Assembly (NCBI RefSeq): GCF_009914755.1
Contig: NC_060926.1
Direction: 5' to 3' (one strand)
Origin: the human T2T-CHM13v2.0 reference genome, Homo sapiens
DNA length: 64,000 nt
The notes under the pieces were generated by a model. The model searched no databases, was not told where the DNA came from, and saw only the letters and a list, made by a program, of their open reading frames with translations. Of this stretch, positions 30,196 to 41,690 are shown piece after piece. A program made the translations under genes and the position numbers. Positions within the stretch are counted from its first letter, which is position 1. The number at the start of each line of letters is the position of its first letter.

Positions 30196-30380
30196 TAAAA
30201 AAAAAAAAAATCAATATACAATACTTGGTGACTAATGGGCAGTGGGAAAGTGAATAAAAAAGAAAAATCAAAGTTTGCTCAGAAGTTTAGAGCCAGAGTA
30301 AGAAGACGATTAGCCAATATAAGAACATCACACTGGAGGAGGAGAAGGGGTGGACAGTTTAGATTACCATCTTCCAGAGC

Positions 30381-30569
30381 CATGTTTCTCAAAGTGTCAT
30401 CCAAAGTACTCCTTCGTCAGAATCAACTGGGAGTGCTTGCTACAAGAGCAGGTTCCTGAGCTCCACTCCACACCTTCTCAAACAGAGTCTTTGGGGTCAA
30501 GAGCTCAAGGATTTGCATGAATGAAAACTCCTAGGTGATTTTGAAATACAATAAATTTTCAAACCACCA
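30381..30569. mobile_element. MER5A-like MITE
   Basis: tttctcaaagtgtc...cagaatcaactgggagtgcttgc...ctaggtgattttga...aaaccacc. Confidence 0.75.
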
Positions 30570-32441
30570 TCTTGGAAAACAGAAAATATTTTCATTGGCT
30601 AAAGTTTGTAGACTAAGTGTCACAATTGTAGTATAGCATTTCCATAACAACAAGACTGGCAAAATGTTCTATCACCTTCAAACTTTGCAACTTGGGGTAG
30701 GGACTTTTGATGGGTTTGTTCATTGGCGGATTCCAAGTGCCTGAACCAGTGCTTGGACCATAGTGGGCTGGCAATAAACCATTAGCGAGTGTGTGAATTT
30801 TGGAGTGGCCCAGAAGAAATTTTCAAGATGCACAATGACTTTGTATGAGCACATTTTACTCAGAGTAGTCCAAGATTTCCATCAGACTTCTTACATAAAT
30901 TCAGTTTATCGGTTATCATTATTTCCTTAGAAGTGTGAACAGACTGGAAAATACACTGGCTTTTGGAATCATTGCTCTAAGTGTGATTCGGGGAACTGGT
31001 ATTTAGAAGCTGTGTAATGTTAAGATATTCAACCTTTCTGAGCCTTTATTTTCCTCATTAGTATATTCTTATCACCTTATTTAATATCAATAAAGGTATT
31101 ATATAAATCAAAAGGATCCTTGGAAAAATATGACTAGGTGAATAGTTTTTAAAAATTTCTCAGTTATTTTGAGGTATAAGGTTTTTTTTTGCAAATTTCT
31201 AGCTGCGAAATTTTATAGACTAACAAAATTAGAAAAATAAGACTTACTGGTATAGCATGAGCACTACACATAGTTAAAGAGTGTGTTAATGTTATTAACA
31301 AGAGTTAAACTTGGAAAACAAAGATTTCTTTGACATTTGAACCTATTTCAAATCCTTTAAAATTTAATTTGTGAAAACTTATGGGAATAATAAACATGAA
31401 ATTATTCCTATTTAGTGTTTCCTTTTAGAAATAATCACAGCCCCCTAGTTCAAGAATAATATAGCTTTTTGAAAATAAAATATTGATTTGTTGAAGAAGT
31501 AGGCAAGTAATGTTATAGTTTAGTATTCTGTCACTCAGAGGCATAGCCCAAGCCAAATGACTTTCATTTAAGAACTTTTAGAGTAACAGGTATTTTTCAT
31601 TCATTATTTACTACATCCTTGATATCTCAACATTGAAATCTAAGAGAAAAAAGTCGATTATGCTGAAGCCACCTAGACTTCAATGTCTCCTCAATTTTGG
31701 AAACTTTACCATACCATCTATTCTAATTTTAGTGACTAAGCAGATCTCTTTTTAAACTTAAAGAAAGAAAGAACTCTACCCTCAAATTTATTCTTGCTGA
31801 TCAAACAGATGCACAAAAAAGGAAAACATTGTTTATTACAATTAAAGCACAGACAAAAATGTAATTTGACAAGTGGCAAGAAAAAGCTTTCTAATGAAAA
31901 CACTATGCATTCTACAAAATTCTTAATTCTTTATTCTAATATTGTGCCTAAGTTAGGCATTCTGGAAAGGCATTTCCTTTGCAGAGTCAGAAAGAAAAGC
32001 CCCAAATATCCTGAAGTTAAAGATCCAACTATCAGCATCTATACAACTTCAATGGTTACATGTGATTTTTAAAAAACGCCCATTTTGGGCTCTTCTTTCA
32101 AATTATAGTTATAAAATAAAATCCACTCACTTAAACCAAACTCCAAATTTTTCTCTTATTTTCTGCACAAAAGGTAATAACAACATGCAAACCATGAGGC
32201 AGAAGAGAATTTCTGGTAGACCGAGAAGCTGTACAGTTTCATGACAGATACAAGAAGAAGAAAATATGCTCTTTGAATGATAGAAATAGTTCCGAAAGAT
32301 TTTCCCCAAACAGTACTTCAGAGTAGTAAACTCTAGGTCACACATGCCTTTATCTAACGCTAAACACCAAAACCCCTAAATTGTAACCTCTCTATAATAA
32401 CAGTTCAATCCACTGAGGCTGCTTTACCACGGATACCATAC

Positions 32442-32603
32442 CATTATGATGAGGGTTCTGGGTCTATTCATTTCATCGTCACTTTCCAGAGGCAAAATTT
32501 CGTGGGATGGTTCCTCTTGGCGTCGTCTACAAATGTGTGGACAGCTCCTCTGGACCACAGAACGAAAAGCTTGAAGCAGAACAATGCTGGCAGTGCAGCC
32601 CAT
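32442..32603 (-). CDS. DOCK10: Alternative N-terminal coding exon of a DOCK-D GEF (DOCK10), 54 codons: MGCTASIVLLQAFRSVVQRSCPHICRRRQEEPSHEILPLESDDEMNRPRTLIIM
   Basis: Hand-translated. ATG at 32603 in strong Kozak context (GCGATGG); 162 nt open to a phase-0 donor ATG|GTATGG at 32442/32441; locally CpG-retaining. Ungapped similarity to the recalled mouse DOCK9 N-terminus MGCTTSVILFKGIRTVFERNCAYMCKQ. Unspliced ORF is 59 aa, just under the apparent 60-aa cut-off of the track. Confidence 0.82.
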
Positions 32604-32619
32604 CGCTGCATCCTGGAGC

Positions 32620-32800
32620 CTACAAAATAACTTCTATGTTGATGCTATGTTTGCAAAACAGTGGCTCCTTGTCCCTGAAAACAGCCTACACTGCAGCTGC
32701 AGCCGGCTCACTCTCCAATCACTTCCTTGAGCTCTGATCATCTGATCATGGCCAAATAGCTTGGATGCAGAGATGGGAAAGATTTGATCCACGGAAACTG
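32620..32800 (-). promoter_or_regulatory. Candidate proximal promoter or 5' UTR of the MGC exon
   Basis: CCAAT 32715-32719 abutting ETS CACTTCCT 32720-32727; palindrome CTGCAGCTGCAG (E-box) 32691-32702; no recognisable repeats; acceptors at 32620 and 32675. Confidence 0.35.
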
Positions 32801-33649
32801 AACACACTCAGGAATATTAGAGCACTGCGCTCAGAAAGTATTTCTCAATTCACATCGAGAGCATGTTTCCTGTTCATTACAATGAAGCTCTTCGATTCTC
32901 CTTTCAGAGGTCTGAATAAATATGTCTTTCCCATTCAGACACACAAATAAATTACTTTTTCAAATCACACAACTGAAAACCTGACTTTACACTCACAATT
33001 TTTCCTGAGGTATCATGTAAGGAGTGAAAATGATTTTTTTTTTTTATAAACGTAAACACTTCCTGAAGGAAATTTTGCTGGACATCTCACTAAGTGATTG
33101 AGGTTTTACTTTTCATAGCTCATAAGTTCCAGAAATGAAACTGGCTTATCTGAAACATAGAGTTCACTAGATCAAGATGATTTAACAAAAGTATGCACGC
33201 ATTAACCAGCCCTGAGTGAGAGACACCAGTGTTCCCCTGTGATTTCCTCTCAATAGTATGGTTGTTCTGTTCCCACACATGCAGTTCTGCAGCCTAATAC
33301 AATTTTATATTTACATACGCGGCTTGCAGGGCTGAAAATATCTCTATTACTGAGGTCACTGAGCAAGCTCCGCCAAGCTGACCTCTTAGAAAAAGCAGCT
33401 GTAAAGCATTTTAACATCCTATCAATAAGAATTCAAGGCTCTGGGAAGGACTTTGAGGTCTTTGGTAGTTAAGAGTCTGGTATTCCCTGACTCCTGCGAG
33501 ACTAGTCACTTAGGAAAGAACCAAAGAGAGATGCTTAGAAATCACGTGTCCTTTCTGGAATGGCCTCAACATCTAATGGTATAGTGAAAGGGAATAGGGC
33601 AGCTGGAGCTGCTTGCGCTAAAAATATCTCATGGAAAATAGATTTTGCT

Positions 33650-33900
33650 TACAAATGAGGAAAGTATGAAATCCCCAATAGAATTCAATCTTGAGATCTT
33701 TCTGCCAAGCTAATTCTTCCAGTGTAACTCTTGGAGATTCAAAGAAAAAAAAAATGTTTTCTGTGGTTTCTGGGCTCCTCGGCGTGAAGGGTGCTGCAGG
33801 AAGTTTGAGGAAGGATTGTTTTGCTGTAACGTGTGGCCGCCCCAGCCTCAGTGAGGTTGCTTTCGCGGAAGCATCTAGCATGATGCTCAAACAGGCATTA
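33650..33900. promoter_or_regulatory. CpG-retaining RUNX/ETS/GC-box cluster (promoter- or enhancer-like)
   Basis: TGTGGTT 33762, CAGGAAGT 33797, GGCCGCCCC 33835, TTCGCGGAAG 33862; several intact CpGs in AT-rich background. Confidence 0.4.
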
Positions 33901-35076
33901 ATTGCTCAGAAATCTGTCACAACACAGCATCGTTTTAATTGGTATGTTCACCCCAGAGAAGTAAAACATGCTTCTTTTTCTTTTAAGAAGTACTGGCTGC
34001 CAGTAGTTTTTCATCTCCCTCTGTTTTGAGCAAACATATTTTAGTGCTGCTGGAAAAAGAAGAAAAAAAATGCTAATGATGCTGGCAAGTCCCCTAACCC
34101 CCTCTGGACATTTGTCAGACTGCCCGGGTGCTAATCTAAACCATTTTTACTCTAAACAACTAGGGCATTTACTGAAGAGAGGCTACGACTTAGCCTGTCT
34201 GGCTTGTGTGTATTGAATATCTATATCTAATGGTGTCCACTTGAGACAAAGGGCAGAGTGGGCTCCTCTGTTTGTGAATGTGTCTTTTCAAATAGGACAG
34301 TTCCTCTGGGCTCCCTGTATGGCAGTGCCCACCCCCACCCACTTACTCCCATCCCCCAGGACATATCTCTCTCCAATCACTTCCGTAGGTTGTGATCATC
34401 TGCTCATGGCTGCGTAGTTTGCAGGCAGCAAGCTGCTAGCTGGAAACGCTTAAATAGTAAACCAGCCCCAGTTAGAAACTGGAGAGAGAAGACAGATCCC
34501 TCCGCTATCCACCATGGGCTTGGCAGGCACGATGCACTTCACATCCTAAACTCCTCTCTAACCATCTCTCTCTAAATCTGGCTGACCTCTGGGGTGGCTT
34601 TTGGAATCAGATGTTTTGGCAGATGCCAAAGTCTTTAGGGAGACAAATGAGATGCTTTCTAGCTATTACAGTCCCGCCTTTATCGATCCCCTCTGCCTCT
34701 GAGGAATTCACCCCTATTATTGACGGGCTGCTGACAGGCTCTGAATATTCTCTCTCTCATTCTGTCTCCTCTCTCTGTTAGCCTCTGTTATCAAGCTAAA
34801 GGAATGTCCAAGGATTAGTTTCTTTGGAATTCAATACACACAACCATTATCCAGTGGACAAGAAATAAAAAGATGAAACGCAGGAAAGAAGAGTTGAGTA
34901 TGTTCTCCAACATTTTCTCATGAAAGATTCCAAACATGTAGGAAAGTTGCAAGAAAGGGTTTGGGTTCTGAGCTCTATGTTTTACATAGCAAATTAAGCT
35001 AGAGATTGGGTTGGGTTGTGGGAGACACAGAAACCTACCCAGAGGCCATGTTTCTGTCATATGACACACAGGAAAC

Positions 35077-35249
<173 letters not shown>

Positions 35250-36672
35250 ATAAGCAGGAAATATTTTAAGATTAGGTATAAACTCTTCAGCAGGTGTCTG
35301 CTATTTTTATTTGAACTATTAATAAGATGAATCATTAATTTGGCCTCCAAACATCAAATGTGCACGGCCTTACTAATAAATGACCTTTGGAGATTCTTGT
35401 TCACTCTCTTGTCTGCCTTCTTCCCCTAGTAGGGTCTTATCTTATGATTCAATAAGGTATTTATTAAACCTAAAATGCTAGAAACAAGATTTTTAAAGTA
35501 ATTGTCTTAGATTAGGAAATAATGTCACTAACAATTCGTAAGGCTAAATTTTCCAAAGAAGTGTTGGAAGCTAGATTTCATCCTGGGTCATTAATTATAT
35601 ATTATATTATATCATATTATTGTATGTTATTTCATATATAAAAATTTATTCAGCACTTATGAAATCTTAAATTTGTGTACAATAAAAAATGTTCTTGTTT
35701 CAAAGCAGAGATAGCCGTGTTGTGTAGACTGTAGTAGCCTTAATGCTCATAGGAAATGGAAGGAAGGATGGAGGGAGATGTTTTTAACATCTTATTGACC
35801 AGGGAGAAAGACATGTAGGAAGAAAAAGTAAGGCATTTCAAGAGAGTAAAAGGAGGTTAAGGAGGAAAAAAAAAAAGAGAAAAACGAATGAAGGGACTAA
35901 CAAAAACCACCAAAATCGTACTGAATCCTAGGAGGATACTGGACTCTGCCTCAGGGGTCCACCTACCCAGCTGTAGACTGCCCATCCTTCTTCAACAAAT
36001 CTTGACTAATGAATTTAGTTTTCAGAGCACTTTTCTAAAATCTTTTGGCCTAAGAATGATTTGGCTGTACATGTTGATATATCCACCACTGGGATAATAT
36101 GTCCAAAGACCTTTTTACAATGGGCAAGGAAATACACATTTAATTTAAATAAATAATGTCCATTGAAAGTGTTGGACCTTCCCAGCTTTGTTAAATTATG
36201 TAAGAGCCGTGTGTCTAAATCTATATATCTAATCTATTGCAAAATACCTACGTCTGTTTTGACCGTGTCAAATTGGACTGTGCTTTGGCATGATGGAGGT
36301 GAAGCCCACATTCTTCTCCTCCCCAAAAGACCTGGTGCATCTGAGTCTTCTGACACATAATGCTGACCTTGGATGGGGAGAGGTTTTCTGCTATCCTCTA
36401 TAAGGCATCAAGTACACGGAAAACTACTGCTGCTAACAGATGCTTGTCTTGTAAAAACAAAGATGAGCTTAGATAAAATATTTGAGAAATAAAAAATTGA
36501 GAAATGAAGCCTAACAAAATCAGCCTCAAGGGCTTTTTGGATATCCCTGATGCTATGCAGCTTGGTTTCATTGTTTCACACACTGTGAGTTTCTGGTGGG
36601 TCCATTTCAGGATCCTAATAAGGTCATGATCAGAACTTATTTATAAAGATAAATTTATGGAAAGGCTAAGAG

Positions 36673-37086
36673 TTTAAGGGTAGAATTATGTCCCCCCAAA
36701 ATTCATATGTTGGAACCCTGAGCGCCAATGTGACTCTGTTTTGAGATAGAGCTTCTAAGAAAGTAATAAGGTTTCATGAGGTCATAAGGGTGGGGCCTTC
36801 ATCCTCTAGAACTAATGTCCTTATAAGAAGAGGAATAAACACCAGCTCTCTCTCTCTCTCTCTCTCTGTCTTCATGTGTGCACAAGGGAAAGGCCATATG
36901 AAGCCACAGTGAGAAGGTGCTATTTGCAAGATAGGAAGAGAGTCTTCACCAGAAAACAACCCTAAGAGCACCTTGATCTTCAACTTCCAGCCTCTAAAGC
37001 TGTGAGAAGATGAGTTTCTATTGTTTAAACCACCTAGTCTGTGGTGTTTTGCTAGAGCAGCCCTAGTACCCTAGCAGGCCAATACA
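36673..37086 (+). mobile_element. MLT1A/MLT1B solo LTR with internal (CT)n
   Basis: ccccaaaattcatatgttggaaccct...gtccttataagaagagg...caccttgatcttcaacttccagcctc. Confidence 0.85.
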
Positions 37087-38629
37087 AGGACCTTGCCTGG
37101 GAAAACCATATTCTAACAGTGAAGCCTCAAGGGAATCATCACCTCCTCGGAGAAAGGCTCTTAATTCCCCCAGGTTGAATTAACCCCCGCCTTCCTCCCT
37201 GCTTCCAAAACACAAATGTTCAGGAGTCACCTTTGAAGTATCTTTTTGCTGCACCTGCCTGCCCTCTGGCCAGCAGAACATGGTTTCCGCATTTGGAGTC
37301 TGGAGGCCCTGACTTCTAGCTCAAGGTGGTGCGTGGAGTACATTTTTTTAGCTATCTCTTTCCCCAAATCCAAGTGAAATGACAACAAAGCAGTATAAAG
37401 GCAATATATTGATTACAACAAAATGAGAAAAGGTGGGAAACTTTTTCAGCAAAGAGAATTTTTGAGCATCTCTGAAGAATGAAAAGTGAATTTGATCACA
37501 TTGATTAATAACTAAAAATGAAGTATTTAGGAACAATTTACAGGCACAGCAAGAGGATACAGCAGATGGCAGCCATTGCTCACAACAGGGCCCAAAAGGG
37601 GCTCCAAGCTCTAGAAAGTAGGGGCTGAATGTGAGAAAGTAACTGGATAACTGCCCTTGGACCCTGTTCTCAGCACAGATAAAACACTAGAGCACCTGTC
37701 ACCAAATACCCCAAGAAGGGCAAATACTTCCAGAATACCTAGCATAGGTGTCAGCACCTCAGTGGAACCCCTCACTATTTTGGCTTTGGCCAGTGGGGAT
37801 GGGGTGTATATCTAGTTGGCCTGCCAGACTGGCTTACATATCTGGAAATGAAGACTGCAGTTGGTGCACCAGTCAACCTAACAGCTTGTCCACAGGTCAG
37901 TCTGACCAAGTGAAGGAGAGGATTCAAATGTTCCTTCTCTCCCTGATCCCAGGGCCAGAAGGCAGAGTATTCTAGCTCCCCAAACTAAGTAGACCTCTCT
38001 TAGTTTGGGTTAATTTACAGTGAGACTGACAGAACCTACAGTCAATATGGACTGAGCATCCTGGTTCAAGTCTAATTTGATGCTTGTCCAAATGACAGCC
38101 TGGTGGAAGAGGTGGCCAGCAGAGCACAGTAGAAAAGCTCACAGCGAGCTTCAGAGTCAGCCTGACTCATACGAGTCACCTAACCTCTCTAAGCCTCAAT
38201 AGTATCTGCGGTAAAATGGAGATCATCCTTTACACTTTCAGGATATTGGTGGGAAGAGATTAACTGCAAAGACCAACATAGAGCCTGGCCCATAATTATT
38301 CAGTGAACAAGCGTGATGCTGCCTCTGCTAGGGTGATAACAGAGGCTTGGTCTCTTCCCTCTCAGCTTCCAGGATCAGCTTAAAGGTGATACTGCCCTGG
38401 AAAAGCCTCCCCTAACGGGCATTGCTTCACAGCCCTGAACCTCAGTCCTTATCACGGTACCCTGTAGGTTTCCTTTCTAACACACCCCTGTAATTACATC
38501 CTGATTGATTTAGATTTTAAATTGTCTTCCCTCTCTGTAAGACACAGGATTGTGCTTACCTTGTTTGCTATATATCCAGCACCCACCTTGGAGTACATGC
38601 TCAATGAATAATAATCATGATGATGATAC

Positions 38630-38840
38630 CCCTAAGAAAGCAAGCCCTTATAGCACTCGCCATGTGCCAGGCACAGTGCTAATGAATATTTATGCATCGG
38701 GATACATGTACACCTCCCTCTATGAGGCAGTGCTGTGATCATCCCTGTTTTACTGTTGAGGAAACTGAGGCACAGAGAAATTAAGTGATTCCCTCAGAGA
38801 ATCACAGCTAGTAAGTGGCAGAATCAGAATTAGAACTGGC
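38630..38840 (-). mobile_element. MIR SINE
   Basis: catgtgccaggcacagtgcta...gaggaaactgaggcacagagaaattaagtga. Confidence 0.85.
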
Positions 38841-40544
38841 ATGTGGCAGGCGGTAGTGAGGCAACCCTGGAAAATTCCCTTTGAGAGCTGGTCTGTCCCT
38901 CACAGGAAAGTCTGTGACTTTTTCTTGGATGACAGTTTCAGAAACCAGCTAACAATTGAGCAGATTGTTTTAAGGTGATGATTTAAATTGCATTTTGGTA
39001 GGAATTGAAACCAGTCTTTAATGAATTTGATAAACGAATTTTTTTAAGGTGCTGTGTTTACTGTGTGAAGTGTTCACTGGCAGCAGTGACTTAACTGCCT
39101 AAATTGGCTGTCAAAGCATATATTTAGAATACAGAAACGTAATGGGCTCCCTTTATCATTACTTGCTTCCCCCTACATGACATAAAATGTTGGTGAACAC
39201 CAAAATGCCCCCAGAAAAGAGGCTACTTTGGGTCCAATTAGAAAGAGGAAAATGAGGCCATTACCCCAGGACACTCTGTGAGTGTGGACTTGGTTGCCCA
39301 CGCTGGAAGAGCTGCCACTCACTCTTGAATTCATTGGAGGCTGATCCTGGAGAGTTGGCTGACAGCTCAAACATGTCGCTGCTGCAGAGGGAACCAGCCA
39401 CTTTCCTTCCTGGGCTAGTGTGAGGACCTAGGGGTGACCATCAAGTTGGTGGGAGCTCAACTGCCTCGCAATCTTTGTTTCATCTTCCTTCTCTACCACA
39501 AGTATTCTCTGTGGAGTCATGTGATGGGAAGAAACATGGGGACCAAGGCATAGGGTAGGAAACCTCCATCTGCTGATTTAAGCTGTAGCACTGCCTTTCC
39601 ATGACAGCTCAGAAATGATTAGTGGAATGAATGAATCAACAGATAATAAAAATCACAGCATCATTGTCATCATTATCATCTTCATCATCAAGCTCTTAAT
39701 CATGTTGGACTTTTTTTGTAAATTTTCCAGAGGCTCAGCAATTGTTCCTAAACAAAAGTGACCCAAAGGAGGAGAACACCTTAGATTGAAAGTGGCAGGG
39801 GATTTTGCCCCCAGTCAGTAAAACCAGGTCATGGGATTTGGTCATTTTCCAGGGCAAGATTAGTGAGAATCTTCTTCCGTGTCTGTTTCCAGATGGGTAA
39901 GCCCCCCGCCAGGTCTGAACTCAATTAAATGGCTAGGAGGGAGTTAATCAGTGCCTTCTCAGCTGAAAAGTGGAAAACACAACCCAGTGAAGTCATTCTT
40001 CCTAGGACCCAGTTAGTTACCCTTTATCAAGTTGCATCTCTGCCCCTCCTACTGCTACCTCTACTCAGGGACTTGGGACTTAAGTTTATTGTGATAGTAA
40101 CCCCTGATCTCTTTTTATCCCCCGACAACTGTGATTTCTAGAGACCTTTTCCTTCGGTTTCTCTGTCTTCATTTTCACTTAATTATAGTGGCCTCCTCTT
40201 TGCAGGCATCTTTCCCGTGTGCTGACATTTATTGAGTTGTACAATTAATCACTTTGGAAAAAAGCACACTGTTCTTTTGCTTTAAAAATCAGGTGCTGCT
40301 GCCAAGCTTTCCTTTATTTTCATTTTTCTACCTTTGGCATTGATGCAGCTCAAAAGCAGATAATTCTTTCGTTGGTACATTTGGATGCATCGGAAAATTA
40401 TCTTTCATTGCTCTCTAAGTCAGCTTCCTGCAGAGTGCACGGATAATTTAAATGTTCCATTAATAACTTACCTTTCTCAGGCATCTATGTTTGATTGAAC
40501 TCTTCTCAGCTCATACTAAACCTTTCTTATTTTTAATAAAGTGT

Positions 40545-40760
40545 AGTATAGTGCGGCACTTAGGCATCAGGAAGCAGTTTGCCAAAATGTAAATCCCTGT
40601 TGAGCTGTTTATTAACTTTGTGACTTTCAGCAAAAATTTTAAGCCTCAGTTTCCTCATCTGTTCAATGAATGAATATTAATGAGCATCTAATATTCACGT
40701 AAAGTGCTGGGTCCAGTACCAAACACATGGTAAGAATTCAACAAATTCTAATTATTACTG
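40545..40760 (+). mobile_element. MIR SINE
   Basis: aagcctcagtttcctcatctgt...gtaaagtgctggg. Confidence 0.7.
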
Positions 40761-41049
40761 GAAAAGAGAAAATCTAAGGACTTTTAAACACTGCTTGTTT
40801 TCTCCCCACTTCCCCAGTAAGTAGTTTTTGTTGTAGTTGTTGTTGTTGTTGTTGTTTTTAAATCTCCTTACTCTTCTTTTCCCGGAGACACATAGTCTTC
40901 CCTGAGTGATGGGGGAATGGGTGTTGCATATGTCTCCTCTGTGCTTTGAAGTTAGCTCCCATGGTAATGTGACACAAGTTCTAAATCCCCTTCCCTGTTG
41001 TTTTTCATGAGTAAACAAATTTGAAATAATATAATAATACCTCACTTAC

Positions 41050-41099
41050 CCTAAGGTCACTACTTTTGCAACATCAACTATTCTGATCACAGTCAATTC
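41050..41099 (-). other. Candidate 50-nt cassette exon, sense to DOCK10
   Basis: Minus strand: acceptor gttgtttctgtcccttttcag|G and donor AGG|GTAAGT, both near consensus. Confidence 0.4.
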
Positions 41100-41479
41100 C
41101 TGAAAAGGGACAGAAACAACTTCTCCAGAACCAGAAAAGGATGTCACGTGATTCCCTCTATGAAGCTAATGGGAGTGGCTTAGTGAAGAGGTCTTTATAT
41201 CCTCATGGTTAACACCGTTACCTTATGCAGGATTCTAAAGAGCTTGCTGAACTAAGCTCACAGTGACTTTTGACCAGAAGCAATATCATTCTGACCTGCC
41301 CTGGTCCAGCCAATTTCTACTGGAAGGATGTCCCCGGTGAAGGCAGGTGGGCTGAAAGCTTCTTCAAGGGGTTGTGGTGGGTCCAGCTATAAAGCCAGCC
41401 CACCAAAGACTCAGCCATCTGATGGAGCTGAGGCTGCATACATAGGGAAGGAATGAGGGTGAAATAACGCAGCCTAGAA

Positions 41480-41690
41480 AGTGATTCAGAGCAATGAGCA
41501 TGAGTTTTGGAATTGAAGAGACCCACCTGTGTTTGAATCCTAGTTTTGTTGTCTTGGAACATTAATTCTCTGAGACTTATTTTCTCCATTGGCTAATAAG
41601 AGTAAGAAGAACCCTTCTACATAACTGTTGTAACAAAGGCACATAGTACAAAACACTGGCATAAATAGTAGGTGGTATCATTCTTTCACC
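41480..41690 (+). mobile_element. MIR SINE (degenerate)
   Basis: cctgtgtttgaatcctagtt...ctctgagacttattttctcc. Confidence 0.6.

Noticed and set aside
32422-32436. Alternative donors for the MGC exon (TG|GTATCC, TG|GTAAAG)
   Set aside because: Both are phase 2 and would not match the recalled phase-0 junction to DOCK exon 2; not excluded as minor sites.
32507-32737. Plus-strand 76-aa ORF over the MGC exon
   Set aside because: Probably an antisense shadow of the minus-strand exon, which has the Kozak context, donor and homology.
39871-39902. Plus-strand acceptor + 4 nt + donor (tttccag|ATGG|gtaagc), microexon-like
   Set aside because: Antisense to the inferred host gene, with no supporting plus-strand transcript structure.
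40467-40476. Perfect minus-strand donors AG|GTAAGT (also near 63517-63524)
   Set aside because: No convincing upstream polypyrimidine tract and acceptor; such matches are expected by chance in 64 kb.
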